Shown here: positions 60,791 through 64,000 of the stretch, piece by piece
How the letters are laid out: each line of letters begins with the position of its first letter
Position numbering within the stretch: the first letter of the stretch is position 1
Assembly (NCBI GenBank): GCA_963799775.1
Contig: CAWCYD010000003.1
Span: 224,001 to 288,000, forward strand
Source: an uncultured archaeon
GTDB lineage: Archaea > Thermoproteota > Nitrososphaeria > Nitrososphaerales > Gagatemarchaeaceae
Length of the DNA: 64,000 nucleotides
Direction: 5' to 3'
Position numbers and translations under genes: made by a program
The notes under the pieces: generated by a model
Database searches by the model: none
The model's input: only the letters and a program-made list of their open reading frames with translations
Told to the model about the DNA's origin: nothing

Positions 60791-63700
60791 ATGGCGACCA
60801 CTACGAAGCAGCTTGACTCATGGGCGGTCCTTAGAGACATCCTCCAGAGGGAAGGAGTCGCAAGACAGCACCTCAACAGCTACAACGAGTTCATCGCGAA
60901 GGGACTGCAGTCGATCATAGACGAGATAGGAGAGACAGAGATCGAGACTGTCAGCACCCCATACAAGGTGAAGTTCGGCCGAGTCGAGCTCGGCAGGCCC
61001 AGAATCGTCGAGATCGACGGGTCCGTGAGCAACATCTTCCCGATGGAGGCGCGCCTGAGGAACCTGTCATACTCGTCACCGATCTACCTCGACATGACGA
61101 TCGAGGAGGAGGGGATGTCGCGCGAAGCGACCCGCCAGCACATAGGCGACCTCCCGGTCATGGTCAAGTCCGACCTCTGCCAGCTCTCGAAGATGACAAA
61201 GGAGCAGCTCGTGATGTCGGGCGATGGACCCGAACGACGCAGGCGGCTATTTCATCATCAACGGCTCCGAGAGGGTAATCGTCGGCCTGGATGAACCTCT
61301 CCCCGAACAAGATCCTCGTCGACCTCGAGAAGGTCGGCGCGGTCTCCACCTACAAGGCCCGTGTCTACTCTTCCGTGGTGGGCTACAGGTCCAAGCTAGA
61401 GGCCACCCTGAAGCAGGACGGCTCGATCAACGTCAAGGTGCCGAGCTGCCCGATAGACATCCCGTTCGTGATAATCATGCGCGCCCTCAGCTTCAAGTCC
61501 GACAAGGACATCGCCAACGCGGTCTCACCAAAGCCCGAGATACAGGACCTGCTCGAGGTCTCCTTCGACAAGGCCAACGAAGCGCCCACCGAGAAGGACG
61601 CCCTCGTCTACATCGGCAACCGGGTCGCCCACGGCATGCTCGAAGAATACAGGATCAAGAGGGCGCTTTCAATGCTCGACTGGGGGTTCCTTCCCCACCT
61701 CGGCAAGGCCGAGGACAGGAGGTACGACAAGGCGATGTTCCTGGGAGAGGCGGTCTGCAAGCTCCTCGAGCTGAGGCTGGGCTGGATCGAGGCTGACGAC
61801 AAGGACCACTATGGGAACAAGGTAATCAAGTTCGCAGGCCAGATGCTGGCCGACCTGTTCCGGACGTCGTTCAGGAACTTGGTCCGCGACATGAAGTACC
61901 AGCTCGAGAGAGCGGGGCAGAAGAGAGGAGGGAACGTCGTAGGGGCCGCGATAAGGACCGGCATCATCACTGACAAGCTCAACAACGCCATCGCGACTGG
62001 CAACTGGGGCAGAGGGAAGGTCGGAGTCACGCAGCTCCTGGACAGGACCAACTACCTCAGCACCCTGTCGCACTTGAGAAGGATACAGTCTCCGCTCAGC
62101 AGATCCCAGCCCAACTTCGAGGCGAGGGACCTTCACGCGACCCACTTTGGGAGGGTCTGCCCGTCAGAGACACCTGAGGGGGTCAACTGCGGTCTGGTCA
62201 AGAACCTGGCGCTCTCTGCGACGATCTCCGTCAGCGTCCCGCCGGCCGAGGTGGAGGAACGTCTGTGGGAGCTCGGAGCCAAGTCGATCCGCGACATCCC
62301 AGAGAAGCTGGCGCTCGATGGCTGCAAGATATTCATGGACGGGAGGTTCATCGGCTACGTCGACGACGGCGAGCGGCTCGCAAAGGCGTTCCGAAAGCTG
62401 CGCAGGGAAGGGCAGATCCACCCCAGCGCGAGCGTGATGCATTACGAGGCGGCCAACAAGAAAGGCTACTCCCGTCTCTACATCAGCCTGAGCGCCGGAA
62501 GGGTCATCCGTCCGCTCATCGTGGTCGAGAACGGGAAGCCTCTCCTCACGCAGGAGTTGGTCTCCAAGATCGCTGCCAACGAGCTGACTTGGAGAGACAT
62601 CGTCGAGAGAGGGATAATCGAGATGCTCGATGCGAACGAGGAGGAGAACTGCCTGGTAGCGATGTCTCCCGAGGAGGCGACTTCCAAGCACACGCACCTC
62701 GAGCTCTATCCGGGGGCAATGTTCGGAATCGCGGCCTCTATCATCCCGTATCCAGAGCACAACCAGTCCCCGAGGAACACGTACGAGTCGGCGATGGCAA
62801 AGCAGAGCCTCGGCTTCTCGACGCCCACCTTCCCGCTCTCTACGTTCGTGCGGCAGCACCTGCTGGTGAACCCCCAATCGCCGATGGTCCACACCAAGAG
62901 CACAGAGCTTCTGAACATCGACGAAAGGCCCTTCGGGACGAACGCCGTGGTGGCGGTCCTCTCCTTCGAGGGCTACAACATCGAGGACGCGATCATCATG
63001 AACAAGTCCAGCATCGAGCGCGGGTTCGCTCGCTCCTTCTTCTACAGGCTGTACGAGGCGGAGTCGAAGCAGTACCTTGGCGGGATGCGGGACACCTTCG
63101 AGGTACCCTCTGCAGAGTCCAACATCAGGGGATACCGGGGCGAGAAGTTCTACCGCCTCCTCGAGGCCGACGGAGTCATCATGCACGAGGCGACGGTGAC
63201 AGGCGGAGACGCGGTCATCGGCCGCACGAGCCCTCCTCGCTTCATGGAGGAGTACAAGGAGTTCGAGATCAAGGGGCCCTACAGGCGCGACACGTCCGTG
63301 GCCGTGAGGCCGACCGAGACCGGCGTCGTGGACTCTGTCTTCATGACAGAGAACGTCGAGGGGGGCAAGATGTACAAGGTCAGGGTGAGGGACATGAGCA
63401 CCCCGAGATCGGCGACAAGTTCGCGTCCAGACACGGACAGAAGGGAGTCATCGGGCTGGTCGTCCCGCAGGAGGACATGCCCTACACCGCCGACGGCGTC
63501 GTACCTGACGTGATAATCAACCCGCACGCGTTCCCATCAAGAATGACCGTGGGGCAGTTCATCGAGTCCATCTCCGGCAAGGCGGCCTCGCTCAGGGGCA
63601 ATTCCGCCGACGGGACCGCCTTCGCAGGCGAGACTCCGGAGGAGATGAGCAAGATCCTGCAAGAAAAGGGGTTCGAGCCCACAGGCAGGGAGGTGCTCTA

Positions 63701-64000
63701 CGACGGCAAGACGGGAAGGAAGTTCGCAGTCGACGTCTTCATCGGGGTCGTCTACTACCAGAAGCTCCACCACATGGTCGCCGACAAGATCCACGCCAGG
63801 GCGAGAGGCCAGGTCCAGATGCTGACAAAGCAGCCGACAGAAGGTCGTGCGCGCGGCGGAGGCCTCAGGTTCGGAGAGATGGAGAGAGATTGCCTCATCG
63901 CGTACGGCGCATCGATGGTCCTCAAGGACAGGCTCCTCGACGAAGCCGACAAGACAGAGGTGAACGTCTGCGAAAAGTGCGGCCTGATCGCCTACTACGA
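60791..64000 (+). CDS. rpo2: RNA polymerase subunit Rpo2 (B), unsplit, running off the window (frameshifts near 61220, 61290, 63400)
   Basis: [50 protein letters not shown]. Confidence 0.97.

Noticed and set aside
6566-64000. Frameshifts in trpE/G/C/A, aro genes, asd, kdpA, acnA, rpo2 and others as pseudogenes or programmed frameshifting
   Set aside because: They hit essential genes such as rpo2 at scattered positions with no shared slippery motif, and the coding sequence is otherwise intact. This pattern fits long-read indel errors.
1-64000. CRISPR array, cas genes or rRNA
   Set aside because: No regularly spaced repeats, cas motifs or rRNA-like sequence were seen.

Overview
This window is archaeal chromosomal DNA, mostly GC-rich. 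It most likely comes from a Nitrososphaerota (Thaumarchaeota) lineage, inferred from a single-OB-fold SSB, a Ser-type thaumarchaeosortase, an unsplit Rpo2 and the ADH/DHQ-synthase-II shikimate route. Housekeeping content includes an ~18 kb aromatic amino acid supercluster, in which trpEGDCFBA on + converges with lysC-asd-aroA'-aroB'-aroD-aroE-aroK-aroA-aroC-CM/aminotransferase-tyrA on -. It also holds pyrBI, glycosylation genes, a sulfite-oxidase-like gene, reverse transsulfuration genes, kdpABC, aconitase, rpo5-rpo2 and a tRNA-Leu(TAG) with a T-loop intron. Many essential genes carry single-base frameshifts, which I treat as sequencing or assembly indels. Five observations are absent from, or not explained by, the ORF track. 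(1) Both aromatic operons are preceded by short aromatic-rich uORFs that share a GG-x(0-1)-[IV]-Y-x-N-x-G...YW..IF motif and have alternative RNA pairings, suggesting leader-peptide attenuation in an archaeon. (2) A low-GC island bounded by 15-bp direct repeats carries a DUF4417/TGT-like enzyme, a (M)GRG-starting REase-fold toxin and an immunity-like gene. (3) A 40-aa secreted-type peptide gene converges with a tandem Lrp/AsnC regulator. (4) An 835-bp element has perfect 110-bp TIRs and a 6-bp TSD. (5) Intron-less att-like remnants lie next to the intron-containing tRNA. All family assignments come from motif recognition by eye, not database searches.
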